Positions 18,437 to 29,012 of a DNA stretch of 64,000 bases are shown here, piece after piece; position 1 is the first letter of the stretch, and each line of letters starts with the position of its first letter. This stretch comes from an uncultured Planctomycetia bacterium. Lineage in GTDB: Bacteria; Omnitrophota; Gorgyraeia; 1-14-0-20-64-10. Position numbers and translations under genes: made by a program. The notes below the pieces were generated by a model. That model made no database searches. It worked only from the letters and a program-made list of their open reading frames with translations, and had not been told where the DNA came from. The stretch covers positions 89,255-153,254 of the forward strand of contig CAYJVR010000004.1 of NCBI GenBank assembly GCA_964373715.1, written 5' to 3'.

Positions 18437-19888
18437 TTAGGCCTGCCGCCGTAAGGTGACGAGAACTTCCATGTGGGCGGTATGCGGGAAGAAATCGAAC
18501 ATGCAGATCGAGGCCACACTGTAGCTGGGATCCCTTGAGAGAAGAATCTTCAAGTCCCTGGCCATGCTTAAAGGGTTGCACGAAAGGTAGACAAGCGCCG
18601 GAGACTTGGCTTCCAGCAGCGGTGCGTAAACCTCTTTGTGCAGCCCGGCGCGCGGAGGATCCACAACGATCAAGTCCGGTTTCGGCCCGACTTTAAAGAG
18701 GGCGCGCCCTTTCAAAAGATCTTCCACTTTCCCGCAGAGAAAAGTGGCGTTGCCGATATTATTCAAGACGGCGTTGCGTTCCGCCAGCGCGACATTTTCC
18801 GGTTCTGATTCAACCCCGTAAACCGCCGCCGCGCGCCGCGCCATCGAAAGGGCAATCAAACCGATCCCTGAATAAAGATCATAAACGACTTCACGTCCGG
18901 AGAGAGCGACCGATGCCCGGATCGCCTCATAAATCCGGGAGGCGAGGATCAGGTTCGGCTGGACAAAGTTCGTCGGTTTAATTTGGAAAAGGATCTCCCC
19001 AATTTCATCTTCAAGCACCTCCGAACCGTAGACCAGCGCTGTCCTCTCCGGCTGTGCGACATCGGAAACCCTGGTCGAGACGCCCCAATAAAAGGACTTC
19101 AGTTCCGGTAATCTGATCGGAAGCTCTTTCACAAGCGCTTCAATCGGCTCGCTCGGCCCATCATTTGTGACAATCAGAAGCATAAGGTCGGACGTATGCC
19201 GGCTGGAGCGGATGACCGCGTACCGCCAAAACCCCTCGTGAATCTTCGGGTTGTAGGCCTTAAGCTCGAACTTATTGGCGATCTCTTTGACCGCCTGCAG
19301 GAGCGCGGAAACCTTGGGCGGGGCGATAAAACAGGTTTTAACATCTTCGATCCGCTGGAAGGAGCCCCTTTCATGCAGCCCGAGAGTGATCCTCTCCCCA
19401 AGCTGGCCGAAACTGAACTCCATTTTGCTCCGGTATGCCCATGGATCGTCCATCGGCACCACATCAAACGGAGGGACTGTTCTAAGACCCCCTTCCGTCT
19501 GGAGAATGTTCCTTAAAACCCTGCTTTTCCAGTCGACCTGCGCGGGATATGCCAGGTGCTGGAGCTCGCAGCCCCCGCACGGACCGAAATGAGGGCAGCG
19601 GGGCTCGACCCTGTCCGGCGAGGGGCTCTCCACCCGGATTACCTTGGCCTCGAATTGGTCCCGCCGCACCCGTATCAGCTCGGCGGAAACCTGGTCTCCC
19701 GGGATCCCCTCCCGGACGAAAATGGAGCGGCCATTGGCCAGGGCGACGCCGCGGCCGTTCGGGGCTAAACTTTCGACCCTGAGGCTGAGGATATCCCCTA
19801 CCTTCATCTTGGGGTGAGGCTTTATATGCGGCTGGGTTGTTGAGGACATGGTACGTTTGCTTTCACAAGCAGAGACGAAGAAGGGCAT
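18437..19888 (-). CDS. rlmD: 23S rRNA (uracil-5-)-methyltransferase RlmD/RumA family (TRAM + 4Fe-4S + SAM MTase)
   Basis: TRAM domain KVGDILSLRVESLAPNGRGVA, Cys cluster CPHFGPCGGCELQH, and C-terminal MTase motifs DLYSGIGLIA and DPPRAGL. Confidence 0.85.
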   Translation of the reverse strand: MPFFVSACESKRTMSSTTQPHIKPHPKMKVGDILSLRVESLAPNGRGVALANGRSIFVREGIPGDQVSAELIRVRRDQFEAKVIRVESPSPDRVEPRCPHFGPCGGCELQHLAYPAQVDWKSRVLRNILQTEGGLRTVPPFDVVPMDDPWAYRSKMEFSFGQLGERITLGLHERGSFQRIEDVKTCFIAPPKVSALLQAVKEIANKFELKAYNPKIHEGFWRYAVIRSSRHTSDLMLLIVTNDGPSEPIEALVKELPIRLPELKSFYWGVSTRVSDVAQPERTALVYGSEVLEDEIGEILFQIKPTNFVQPNLILASRIYEAIRASVALSGREVVYDLYSGIGLIALSMARRAAAVYGVESEPENVALAERNAVLNNIGNATFLCGKVEDLLKGRALFKVGPKPDLIVVDPPRAGLHKEVYAPLLEAKSPALVYLSCNPLSMARDLKILLSRDPSYSVASICMFDFFPHTAHMEVLVTLRRQA

Positions 19889-19966
19889 AGGTTCTAAACT
19901 TCATTTTCCCCTATGCCCTTCGGCAGAAACAGGTGTTCGGCTTGACGTACGAAACGGGCTTCTAAC

Positions 19967-20485
19967 TTACTGGGTAACAGGCTTGGAAACAGCCTCGCCA
20001 ATAATAATGGACTGGGCCGATCTTTTTCCGGTCGCCACATCATACGTGTACTCGACGGTCAACTTATCCCCGACTTTCAAGTCGGAAACCGCCTTGGTGG
20101 AAGACCCCTGCGAGATCTTCGCCTCAGCCGGAAGGGCGATCTCTTTCCTTACACCGTAGCGATCCTGCACCGTCATCGAAGCAGGGGTCGCGTTTGTGTC
20201 CACCGAGGAAAGCTCTCCGGTAAAGGTAATGATAATCGGCTTTAAAACCGGAATCGGAGCGTCGGCCGGCGCAACGGCTGTTGCGGCAGCGGCGGCATCC
20301 GGCGCCTGGCTGGCATCCGCAGGAACAGCCGCGGAGGAAGCCGTCGTCTGCTGGGCCTCGGTTGAATCCGTGGCTGCCGTTTCCCCTCCGTGCTCCTGAC
20401 CTCCATGTTCGGCAGCTAAACCAACAGCAGGAAACAGGCCAAGCGTGATGACCAAAATACCCAAAACCCATGCGGCGCGAGTCAT
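19967..20485 (-). CDS. secreted hypothetical protein with an Ala/Thr-rich low-complexity linker
   Basis: Start trimmed to the Met with a GGAGG SD (MTRAAWVLGILVITLGLFPAVGLA signal peptide). An acidic, Ala-rich spacer precedes a C-terminal beta-rich domain. Confidence 0.45.
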   Translation of the reverse strand: MTRAAWVLGILVITLGLFPAVGLAAEHGGQEHGGETAATDSTEAQQTTASSAAVPADASQAPDAAAAATAVAPADAPIPVLKPIIITFTGELSSVDTNATPASMTVQDRYGVRKEIALPAEAKISQGSSTKAVSDLKVGDKLTVEYTYDVATGKRSAQSIIIGEAVSKPVTQ

Positions 20486-20669
20486 CGTTTCCTCTACCTC
20501 CTTAAAAATGGGGTTTTCAAGCGGGTTGTAGGACAAATTCATAGCATTTCTGACAACCATGTGAAACGGCCTTCATTATAGCCCCCTTACCCCCCTTGTC
20601 AAGGGTTCGCAGGAGTATCCGCGTTGACATAAAGAAGCAGCCGATGGTATCGTGCCGTCATAATCCAAA

Positions 20670-21422
20670 ATGATGATCCGCGATCTCCTTGTAGGCATTC
20701 ACTCTTTGCTGTTCCCTGCCTCCTGTCCCGGCTGCGGCATACCGGTGGAGGATGTCCGGACCATGCCTCTTTGTGCCGCCTGCTTTAAGGGGATCCCCAG
20801 GGTTCTTCCCCCTTGGTGCCGGCGCTGCGGCTTTTCTCTGGCCCATTCCGGCGCCGGCGTAGACCTGTGCGGCGGCTGCCGGACGAAGAAATTCTCTTTC
20901 GACAGCGTCATCAGCGCCTGCCACTACGAGACGCCTGTGAAGGAACTCGTCACTGCGCTTAAATACCAAGGGCGGCTTTCGGTCGCCCCTTTCCTGGGAA
21001 ATCTTCTGAGCGCAGCGGTCAAGGAGCGTCTGGGCGCAGATCCTGCCGACGGAATCGTGCCGGTTCCCCTGCATCCGGTCCGCCTGCGGGAAAGGACTTT
21101 CAACCAGGCGCTGGCGCTTGCCCAGGAACTTTCCAAGAGGACAGGTCTTCCTTGCTGGAACAATCTTCTCTTCCGGGACCGGTTTACACCGCCGCAAGCG
21201 GCTCTTTCCAAAAAAGAACGGCTCGCCAATGTGCGGTCCGCCTTCTCCCTCAGGGAGGAAATAACCCCACAGGCCATGCGGATACTTCTGGTGGATGACG
21301 TTTTCACCACCGGCGCGACGGCGGAGGCCTGCTCCAAACTCTTAAAGCAAGCGGGAGCTGACCAGGTGACAATCGTGACCGTCGCCCGCCAGGAGCTGCA
21401 TTCCCAAAAGACGGCGCCGTGA
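20670..21422 (+). CDS. comF: ComF family protein (phosphoribosyltransferase domain)
   Basis: N-terminal Cys4 motifs (CPGCG...CAAC...CRRCGF...CGGC) and the C-terminal PRTase motif LLVDDVFTTGATAEAC. Confidence 0.8.
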   Translation: MMIRDLLVGIHSLLFPASCPGCGIPVEDVRTMPLCAACFKGIPRVLPPWCRRCGFSLAHSGAGVDLCGGCRTKKFSFDSVISACHYETPVKELVTALKYQGRLSVAPFLGNLLSAAVKERLGADPADGIVPVPLHPVRLRERTFNQALALAQELSKRTGLPCWNNLLFRDRFTPPQAALSKKERLANVRSAFSLREEITPQAMRILLVDDVFTTGATAEACSKLLKQAGADQVTIVTVARQELHSQKTAP

Positions 21423-22516
21423 GAATCCTGCGGACGTACATCTTGAAAGAGCTGTTCCAACCGATGGGGATAGCTCTGCTCCTGTTCACCTTCATCCTTC
21501 TGGTCGGCAACCTGGTCAAGCTGGCTGACCTGCTGATCAACAAGGGGGTCTCCCCTCTGGCAGTTTTTCAAATGTTCGGGCTGCTGATCCCAACGCTGTT
21601 AAGCTACACGGTGCCGATCGCCGTGCTGACCGGGACTCTGCTCGCCTTCGGGAAACTCTCAAGCGACCGGGAAATCCTGGCGATGAGAGTCTCCGGGATA
21701 AGTCTCTGGGCGATCTCCCTGCCGGTCCTCACGGTCGGAATGATCTTGAGTTTAGGGTTGATGCCGATCAACGACCGGGTGGTCCCCTGGACCCATTACG
21801 CCAGCCGGAAGGTTCTGCAGGAAATCGGCATACGAAATCCGACCGCTTTCCTGGAAGCAGGCACCTTCATCCGGGAATTCAAACCTTACATACTCTTCCT
21901 TTACGGGGTCGAGGGGAACAAACTCTCTAAGATCCGGATCTACGAACCGCAGGAAGGCAAGCCGACCCGAACCGTGGTAGCGGAGCGGGGAGAGTTCATC
22001 CCTATCCCGCAGGAACGGCGCGTGATCCTCAAGCTTTACGACGGCTCGGCCGATGAGCCGGATCCGAAAAACCCTCTGAAATTCTACAAGCTCCGGTTCA
22101 AAACCTACGCGATGAACCTCAACCTGCTTGAGGGGAAAAACGACCCGGACAAAATCCAGCGCAAACCGAAGGACATGAACATCGAGCAGATGGAACAGGA
22201 GATTGCCCGCCTCGAAATCCAAAAAATTGACGCGACGCCGCTGAAAATTGAGCTGAGCCGCCGGGTCGCTTTCTCCTTCTCTCCGTTCATCTTCATGCTG
22301 ATCGGTTTCCCTCTGGGAATCACCACGCGCCGGGCGCAGCGCTCGGTCGGGTTTGGATTAAGTGTAATCGTCTTTTTGGGCTATTACCTTTTCATCATAA
22401 TCGGCCAGGCCCTCGCCGAAAAAGGGCTGCTCGGTCCCGCTCCGGCAATGTGGCTGGGAAACATCGTTTTCGGCCTGGCGGGCTTGTTCCTCCTCTGGAG
22501 AGCGGCCGCCAAATGA
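21419..22516 (+). CDS. lptF: LPS export ABC permease LptF/LptG (YjgP/YjgQ) family
   Basis: MRILRTYILKELFQPMGIALLLFTFILLVGNL is the typical YjgP/YjgQ N-terminus; six TM helices surround a periplasmic beta-jellyroll. GTG start overlaps the comF stop. Confidence 0.8.
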   Translation: MRILRTYILKELFQPMGIALLLFTFILLVGNLVKLADLLINKGVSPLAVFQMFGLLIPTLLSYTVPIAVLTGTLLAFGKLSSDREILAMRVSGISLWAISLPVLTVGMILSLGLMPINDRVVPWTHYASRKVLQEIGIRNPTAFLEAGTFIREFKPYILFLYGVEGNKLSKIRIYEPQEGKPTRTVVAERGEFIPIPQERRVILKLYDGSADEPDPKNPLKFYKLRFKTYAMNLNLLEGKNDPDKIQRKPKDMNIEQMEQEIARLEIQKIDATPLKIELSRRVAFSFSPFIFMLIGFPLGITTRRAQRSVGFGLSVIVFLGYYLFIIIGQALAEKGLLGPAPAMWLGNIVFGLAGLFLLWRAAAK

Positions 22517-22688
22517 GCGGATTACTGAATTTGATGCGCAGGGAGTACACGGTTCGAAGGCAATCGGAGGCCCGAACGGGCACGGCTCCCGGCAGGGAGA
22601 GTGAGGGCCGACGTTTAGTGCGGCCGGACTCGCAGGGGCCGGCAAACGGCCTGAGAAGCGTGTACTTCCTGCATGCTGCACAAACGTT

Positions 22689-23792
22689 ATGAAAATTCTA
22701 GACCGGTATACGCTGCGGACTTACCTGGCGCCGTTGGCTTGGTGTCTGACAATCTTCATCGGCCTTTACATCGTCATTGACATCCTGGGCCATCTGGATG
22801 AGATCCTGCGCAACCATGTTCCCTTGAAAATCCTCGGCATTTACTACGGAACAATGGCTCCTCTTGTCTTCGTGCAGGTGGCGCCGTTTGCCTGCCTGAT
22901 GGCTACCCTGTACGCGCTCGGAAACCTCAACCGGCACCAGGAGCTCATGGCCATGCGGGCTTCCGGCATCTCCCCCTGGACAATCAGCCGGCCCTTGATC
23001 TGGATAGGCCTCTTGATGTCGGCGGGAGTCCTCCTGGTCAATGAAACGGTCGCCCCTCAGGCAGCCCTGATCACCAGCTCTATTAAGGAAGAGCGGCTGG
23101 AGAAGGCGGCTGATCCCAAAAAACCGCATCGGGTGATCAAAACGATCCAGCACCTGGCGGCCTACGGGCAGGAACAGTCGCTTCTTTACGCGAAGAGCTT
23201 CGACCCGGTCGAAAAAACGTTGAAAGGCATCGTGATCCTTCAACACGGCCCCGACCTGCGCGTCCGGCGGAAGGTCACCGCCGAGTCGGCCGAATGGGTC
23301 AACTCCCGCTGGCGGTTTTTAAACGGCACGATTCTGCAGTTCAACACGGAAGGGGAATCGGTCGGCCGGGCTGTCCCTTTCACGGCGAAGTACATCCGGG
23401 CGGGAGACCGGCCGGAGATCCTGGCGAAGGCCGACTCCGAGGCTTCCTACATGAACAGCCGTGATTTATACCGGTACATCAAACGGCTCACGATCGCCGG
23501 GAAATCCACCTTGAGGAAACTTTGGGTGGACCTGTACGCCAAGCCGGCCACCGCACTTGCCTGTCTGGTCACGACGATGATCGGCATCCCTTTCGCGATC
23601 CAGCCGGTGCGCGGCGGCACAGCGATCGGTTTGAGCCTCGGGCTGGGGGTTGGGCTCGTCTTCTACAGCATGAACGCCATCGCTCTCGCTCTCGGAAAAG
23701 GGGGGGTTCTGCCGCCGCTCGTCGCCGCCTGGTGCACCCACACCCTTTTTATCCTCTTTGCTCTGAACATGACTTGGAAACGCCTCGCTTAA
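22689..23792 (+). CDS. lptG: LPS export ABC permease LptG/LptF family
   Basis: MKILDRYTLRTYLAPLAWCLTIFIGLYIVID has the same family architecture as the preceding gene. Confidence 0.8.
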   Translation: MKILDRYTLRTYLAPLAWCLTIFIGLYIVIDILGHLDEILRNHVPLKILGIYYGTMAPLVFVQVAPFACLMATLYALGNLNRHQELMAMRASGISPWTISRPLIWIGLLMSAGVLLVNETVAPQAALITSSIKEERLEKAADPKKPHRVIKTIQHLAAYGQEQSLLYAKSFDPVEKTLKGIVILQHGPDLRVRRKVTAESAEWVNSRWRFLNGTILQFNTEGESVGRAVPFTAKYIRAGDRPEILAKADSEASYMNSRDLYRYIKRLTIAGKSTLRKLWVDLYAKPATALACLVTTMIGIPFAIQPVRGGTAIGLSLGLGVGLVFYSMNAIALALGKGGVLPPLVAAWCTHTLFILFALNMTWKRLA

Positions 23793-23902
23793 TGCTGAAA
23801 CCCCACCGGCGGCTGGATCACCTAATCTACGTGCTGATCGCCTATTCAATTGTCGCCGGGACAATCCTCTGGTGGATGCTCCGCCAGAAGCCTCCTGATT
23901 AA
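23792..23902 (+). CDS. possible small single-TM membrane protein (36 aa) abutting lptG
   Basis: ATG overlaps the lptG TAA by 1 nt. It encodes MLKPHRRLDHLIYVLIAYSIVAGTILWWMLRQKPPD, a charged N-terminus followed by one TM helix. The evidence is weak. Confidence 0.25.
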   Translation: MLKPHRRLDHLIYVLIAYSIVAGTILWWMLRQKPPD

Positions 23903-24066
23903 GCAGCGTTTGCGGGGCAGCTTCTCAGGCCCGCTCGCGGCCCCAGCGTGGCCGCTCACTGCAACGACGTCCCTCGCTATCCGCCTGGGGCGGACCCGCC
24001 TCAGGCGGGTGCTCGGCTCGCAATGACGCTCAAACCATGCCCTTACCGACAGGACCCCCTGTTGTT

Positions 24067-24615
24067 TTAAAGGTATTTGAGGATCCCGCTCCAGGCTTTT
24101 TTCTTTTGTTCGTAGCTCATCGCGGCGTGGGCGGGGCTCGTGGAGGGCATCCTAAACGAGGGAATTTCTATCTTCGCTTCGAAGTTTTTCCTGTAGATGG
24201 AGTAGGCCGTACCGCCGTTCAAAAAAAGGGCCCGGATTGTCGGATGCTTTTTCACGAGCCCCGGGATATCGTTTAGTGTCACGCAGGTGATGTCGGCATC
24301 CAACGCCCCTTCCCGCTCACAGCTCTCGAATACGTCCCAGAGCGCGATCCCGTTCCGGCTGAGGATCCCAATCCTTTGCTCGTAAGACATCTCCCTCGGG
24401 AAGCCGAACAGGTCGGCCATGATCTTCCAGAAGTGGTTGCCCGGAAACCCGTAGAACTGCCGGACCTTCAGCGCGACCGGCCCCGGCATGGTACCGAGAA
24501 TGAGGATTTTTGGATTTTTCCCGACGGCCGGCTTGAAACTCCGAAGGAGCCTAGTAGGAGAGAACTTCTGAGGGGCAAGAGACACGGGGCGCGGGGCAGG
24601 TTTTAAAGATTTCAC
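24067..24615 (-). CDS. uracil-DNA glycosylase superfamily protein (DNA-deoxyinosine / mismatch glycosylase-like)
   Basis: ILILGTMPGPVALKVRQFYGFPGNHFWKI matches the G/U-mismatch / hypoxanthine-DNA glycosylase active-site region (GxMPG...F.N.FW). Confidence 0.6.
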   Translation of the reverse strand: MKSLKPAPRPVSLAPQKFSPTRLLRSFKPAVGKNPKILILGTMPGPVALKVRQFYGFPGNHFWKIMADLFGFPREMSYEQRIGILSRNGIALWDVFESCEREGALDADITCVTLNDIPGLVKKHPTIRALFLNGGTAYSIYRKNFEAKIEIPSFRMPSTSPAHAAMSYEQKKKAWSGILKYL

Positions 24616-24655
24616 TCGACCCCCGTCTCTCGCCCCATACCCCCGCTTAGTTTAG

Positions 24656-25918
24656 TTAGGTGCCGACTTCCCAGGAGGCCAGATACTTTTCCTGCTCCGC
24701 GGTCAGTTTGTCCATCTTGACCCCCAAGCTCTTCAGCTTGAGCTCGGCAATCTTCTTGTCCAGCACCTCCGGCAGGCGGTAGACCTGGGCGGAGAGTTTC
24801 CCCTTATTCTTGACGAGCCATTCTGCAGAGAGGGCCTGGTTGGCAAAGCTCATGTCCATGACCTGGGCCGGGTGCCCTTCGGCGCACGAGAGGTTCACGA
24901 GGCGCCCTTCGCTCAAGACCATCACCTTCTTGATCGATTTGCCGCCGTTTAAGGTGTACTCGACCACCTGCGGTTTGATTTCCCGCTCCCTCTTGCTCAT
25001 CCGTTTCAACCCCTCGAGGTCAATCTCCACGTTGAAATGGCCGCTGTTGGCGACAATCGCCCCGTCCTTCATTTTCTTGAAAGTATCGGTGGAGATGACG
25101 TTGATGTCGCCGGTCACGGTGATGAAGAGATCCCCCTGCGCGGCGGCCGCCAGAATCGGCATCACTCTGTAGCCGTCCATCACCGCCTCCAGGGCCCGGA
25201 CCGGGTCCACTTCGCAGACGATGATGTGGGCGCCGTGTCCCTGCGCCCGCATCGCCACGCCGCGGCCGCACCAGCCGTAGCCGGAGACCACTACGGTCAT
25301 GCCGGACAGCAGGACGTTGGTCGCTCGGATGATGCCGTCTAACGTGGACTGGCCGGTGCCGTACCGGTTATCAAACATGAATTTTGTCTGGGAGTCGTTG
25401 ACCGCCACAACCGGGAACAGGAGTTTGCCGGAATCGGCAAGCGCCTTTAAGCGGATCACGCCGGTGGTCGTCTCCTCTGTGGAGCCGATCATATCCTCCG
25501 CAATCTTCGGGAACCGCTTATGGATCGTGGAGACGAGGTCGGCCCCGTCATCCATCGTCAGGTGCGGTTTAGCGCCCAGCACGGCGAGGATGTGCTTATA
25601 GTAGGTGTTCCTGTTCTCCCCTTTCCGCGCAAAGACCGAAAACCCGCGCACCGCCAAAGCGGCCGCGACGTCGTCCTGCGTGGAGAGCGGGTTCGAGGCG
25701 CAGGTGAAAACCGTGGCGCCGCCCGTCTTTAAGGTATCGACCAGCTGCGCGGTCTCGGTGGTGACATGGAGACAAGCGGCGATCCTCAACCCCTTTAAAG
25801 GTTTTTCCTTCTCGAACCGCCGGCGAATCTGGCCCAAAACCGGCATGAACCGGCCGGCCCAATCAATGCGGGCCTGGCCCGCCTTAGCGAGAGAACGATC
25901 CGTCACATCAAATTTCAT
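24656..25918 (-). CDS. ahcY: adenosylhomocysteinase
   Basis: MKFDVTDRSLAKAGQARIDWAGRFMPVL, CLHVTTETAQLV and the NAD-binding motif VVSGYGWCGRGVA. Confidence 0.9.
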   Translation of the reverse strand: MKFDVTDRSLAKAGQARIDWAGRFMPVLGQIRRRFEKEKPLKGLRIAACLHVTTETAQLVDTLKTGGATVFTCASNPLSTQDDVAAALAVRGFSVFARKGENRNTYYKHILAVLGAKPHLTMDDGADLVSTIHKRFPKIAEDMIGSTEETTTGVIRLKALADSGKLLFPVVAVNDSQTKFMFDNRYGTGQSTLDGIIRATNVLLSGMTVVVSGYGWCGRGVAMRAQGHGAHIIVCEVDPVRALEAVMDGYRVMPILAAAAQGDLFITVTGDINVISTDTFKKMKDGAIVANSGHFNVEIDLEGLKRMSKREREIKPQVVEYTLNGGKSIKKVMVLSEGRLVNLSCAEGHPAQVMDMSFANQALSAEWLVKNKGKLSAQVYRLPEVLDKKIAELKLKSLGVKMDKLTAEQEKYLASWEVGT

Positions 25919-25961
25919 TGTTTGGATTCCTGTGGTTGATTGTTGAACACGCGCGGTTAAG

Positions 25962-27194
25962 TTAACGGGCCGACTTGGAAAACCGCTTCGGCGAGGAGGC
26001 GCTGCTGCCGTTTCTGCCGAGCAGATGCTTCAAATCACCGCCCGCGGAGGAGACCGCCCGCTTCAGGGCATCCGTTTTGTCCGTCTCCTCCCAGGTGAAG
26101 CCGCTCTCATTCCGGCCGAAGTGGCCGTACGCGGCGGTCTTCGTGTAGATCGGGCGCCGCAGTTTCAGGTCCCGGATGATGCCGCCGGGGGTCAGGTCGA
26201 ACGTCTTGAGGACCGCCTGCTCCAGAATCCCCTCCGGAACCTTCCCGGTCCCGAACGCATTCACCATGACCGATACCGGCTCCCGGACTCCGATGCAGTA
26301 GGCCAGCTGAATCTCGCAGCGGGAGGCGAGCTTCGCCGCGACGATGTTCTTCGCTATGTAACGGGCCATGTAGCTGGCGGAACGGTCCACTTTCGTCGGG
26401 TCTTTGCCGCTGAAAGCGCCGCCTCCGTGCCGGCCAAACCCACCGTAGGTATCCACGATGATCTTCCGGCCAGTCACCCCGGTATCCGCCATCGGGCCAC
26501 CGACTTCGAACCGGCCCGTGGCGTTGATGAAGTACTTGGTGTCCTTCGAAACATACTCTTTCGGGATGATCGGGTCAATTACGGACTCCCGGATCTCCCT
26601 ACGGAGTTTCGGCGTAGAAACCTTCGGGCTGTGATGCGCGGCGATTACGATGCCGGTCACCCGAACCGGGCGGCCGTCCACGTATTCGACGGTCACCTGG
26701 GACTTCCCGTCCGGCCTTAGATAAGGAAGTAATTTGTTCTTGCGAACTTCGGAAAGCCGGCGGACCAACCGGTGGGCCAGCATAATCGGCAGAGGCATCA
26801 TTTCCGGCGTCTCATTGGTGGCGTACCCGAACATCATCCCCTGGTCGCCGGCCCCGCCGGTATCCACACCCATTGCAATGTCGGGCGACTGTTCCTGGAT
26901 AGCCGTCATGACGCCGCAGTTCTTATAGTGGAAACCGATCTCCGGGTCGTTATAACCAATATCGTGTATTGTGTCGCGCACGATGCGGGGGACATCGACG
27001 TAGCTGCGGGTTGTGATTTCTCCGGCTACAATCGTCAAACCTGCTGTCACCAGCGTTTCGCACGCGGAGCGGCCGGCCGGGTCATCCGTGAGAATGGCAT
27101 CGAGGATCGCATCGGAAACCTGGTCGCAAATCTTGTCCGGGTGCCCTTCGGTGACCGACTCGGAGGTAAAAAGGTGTTTCTGCCGTGCGCTCAT
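25962..27194 (-). CDS. metK: S-adenosylmethionine synthetase
   Basis: [38 protein letters not shown] and [19 protein letters not shown] are invariant MetK motifs. Confidence 0.95.
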   Translation of the reverse strand: MSARQKHLFTSESVTEGHPDKICDQVSDAILDAILTDDPAGRSACETLVTAGLTIVAGEITTRSYVDVPRIVRDTIHDIGYNDPEIGFHYKNCGVMTAIQEQSPDIAMGVDTGGAGDQGMMFGYATNETPEMMPLPIMLAHRLVRRLSEVRKNKLLPYLRPDGKSQVTVEYVDGRPVRVTGIVIAAHHSPKVSTPKLRREIRESVIDPIIPKEYVSKDTKYFINATGRFEVGGPMADTGVTGRKIIVDTYGGFGRHGGGAFSGKDPTKVDRSASYMARYIAKNIVAAKLASRCEIQLAYCIGVREPVSVMVNAFGTGKVPEGILEQAVLKTFDLTPGGIIRDLKLRRPIYTKTAAYGHFGRNESGFTWEETDKTDALKRAVSSAGGDLKHLLGRNGSSASSPKRFSKSAR

Positions 27195-27214
27195 TTGTTT
27201 GATTCCTTTTTATA

Positions 27215-27949
27215 TCAGGGTGTGAAAAACTTTTGTGCGTGTTCATACGAAGCCGTGTCGCCAATGTCAAACCAGGAACCCTGAATGCTGTAAGCAAACA
27301 CCGGCTCCCGGGCGACAATCCAGTGGATGAATGATCCGAGGGTATCCGCCGAACCGTTGTATTTTAACACCTGTTGAAGCCTGTCAGACGGGAAAAAATA
27401 GACCGCCGTGGAGATCAGTTTGGAGGTCGGGTTAAGCGGCTTCTCCTGCAGTTCGATAATCTTCCCGGCCGTGTCCGTTTTTAAGACACCGTAGCGGGAA
27501 GCCAGCGACAGGTCGGGCAACTCGTACGCTCCGAGCGTGACATTCGGGGCTTTTGACCGGGCAAAGGATATGAAACCTTTCAAATCATCCCGGAACAGGT
27601 TATCGCTTCCCAAAACAAGGATCTCCTGCTTGGCCATCGGGTGGGATTTCAGGGAGAAGAGTATGTCACCGATGGAGCCGAGCCGTGTCTCTTCCGAGAT
27701 CGAACCGTCGTCCAAAACGGTGCAGGGTATTTTGAAATCCTTCTTCGCCGCCCAATTCTGGAATTCAGCGGCATACTTGTGGTTTGAGACAAGGACTATC
27801 TCGGTCGTGCCGAAACCGGGGGCCAGAAGCTTCTGTACCAGGTAGTCGAGAATCGTCTTCTGACTGACCGGCAGCAGCGCTTTCGGAGTCTTCTCCGCCA
27901 GTGGATAGAGGCGCGTGCCGTATCCTCCCGCCAATATGAGCGCAATCAT
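27215..27949 (-). CDS. sugar-phosphate nucleotidyltransferase (glucose/mannose-1-phosphate NTP transferase family)
   Basis: MIALILAGGYGTRLYPLAEKTPKALLPV is the GxGxR NTP-transferase signature. Confidence 0.75.
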   Translation of the reverse strand: MIALILAGGYGTRLYPLAEKTPKALLPVSQKTILDYLVQKLLAPGFGTTEIVLVSNHKYAAEFQNWAAKKDFKIPCTVLDDGSISEETRLGSIGDILFSLKSHPMAKQEILVLGSDNLFRDDLKGFISFARSKAPNVTLGAYELPDLSLASRYGVLKTDTAGKIIELQEKPLNPTSKLISTAVYFFPSDRLQQVLKYNGSADTLGSFIHWIVAREPVFAYSIQGSWFDIGDTASYEHAQKFFTP

Positions 27950-29010
27950 CTTTTCATGAATTTCTTCAGGGCTTCCACCCGGACCACCGGAGTGGGGTCG
28001 ATCCCGTAAAGGAGCCCCAGATAAACGGAGACAAAATCCCCCAGCGCGACGAGCCCAAGCATCCTGCTCAAAACGGTCCGGCCCGGAACGCTGGTTTCGA
28101 TCACCCGTGCCCCTTCCTTTCGGATCAACTGCTGAGTAAAGGCTATCCGGCGCAGCGTCCTCGGGTGCACGGAGGGATCGGTGAGGAACAGCGCGACCAT
28201 TTTTTTCGTCAGCGCCCGGGGCTCTACCCAGCCGGAGATCTCGTTATGAGTTGCCTCCGGGAAAATGTGGTGAAACGCCAGTGTTTTGGAGTTCTCTTCC
28301 AGCTGGGTCCTCCACCGGAAAGTCACCCCCTCCCACCCGCCAGCGGCTCCATAAATGACCGGCAGCCTTCCCTTCATCTGAAGGGCAATCTTCTTGGCCT
28401 GATTGGCTGAACTTTTCACTGAAAAAGAGAGCTTATCGGCGATGAATTTCGCGACCGAATCGCACGCCTCCTCCACGCGGAGATCCTTCCTTGAAACAAG
28501 CCCCAGCCGGGCCAACAATCCAAGCGGCACAAATGAGAGATAACCGATCGCCGTCCGTGGAGGCCAGCCTGCGGGAATCCGGTGCAGAGGAAAACCGTCT
28601 GCCTTCGCCCAGGCGGCCAATTCACCGCCGGAGGTCACCGCCACCAGTTTCGCTCCCCGAGCTTTGGCTTGGTGGGCCGCGGAAAGAGTTTCCTCCGTAT
28701 TCCCCGAATAACTGCAGACAAGAACCAGCGTGTCCCGGTTCACCCAAGCAGGAATCGCATAGGTCCGGTTGACGGTGATCGGCGTCGGGATCAGGTTGCC
28801 GATCATCCCCTGAACGAGATCCCCGCCGATAGCAGACCCGCCCATCCCGAGCACAAGCAGGTGCCTCGGGTCCCGGTATTTGGAGGATACTTTCCATTTC
28901 AACCCCTGTTTCCAGGCGTCGAGACACTGCTCCGGCAGAGCCGTAACCCGGCTGATCATGTCGAAACGGTCTACCCGTTCAATCGCTTTAAGCTGGTCGA
29001 GTTTGTTCAT
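27946..29010 (-). CDS. bifunctional phosphoglucose/phosphomannose isomerase family (SIS domain)
   Basis: Start trimmed to the ATG at 29008-29010, 3 nt after the ptsI stop. Contains LVLGMGGSAIGGDLV and SYSGNTEETL SIS motifs. The ORF-track upstream extension overlaps ptsI. Confidence 0.7.
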   Translation of the reverse strand: MNKLDQLKAIERVDRFDMISRVTALPEQCLDAWKQGLKWKVSSKYRDPRHLLVLGMGGSAIGGDLVQGMIGNLIPTPITVNRTYAIPAWVNRDTLVLVCSYSGNTEETLSAAHQAKARGAKLVAVTSGGELAAWAKADGFPLHRIPAGWPPRTAIGYLSFVPLGLLARLGLVSRKDLRVEEACDSVAKFIADKLSFSVKSSANQAKKIALQMKGRLPVIYGAAGGWEGVTFRWRTQLEENSKTLAFHHIFPEATHNEISGWVEPRALTKKMVALFLTDPSVHPRTLRRIAFTQQLIRKEGARVIETSVPGRTVLSRMLGLVALGDFVSVYLGLLYGIDPTPVVRVEALKKFMKR

Positions 29011-29012
29011 TT

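Noticed and set aside
23930-24010. GC hairpins (gcggcc-ccagcgt-ggccgc; cccgcc-tca-ggcggg) between convergent lptG and the glycosylase gene, considered as intrinsic terminators.
   Set aside because: They are plausible as terminators, but neither is followed by a U-tract on either strand. They are left unannotated as features for lack of support.
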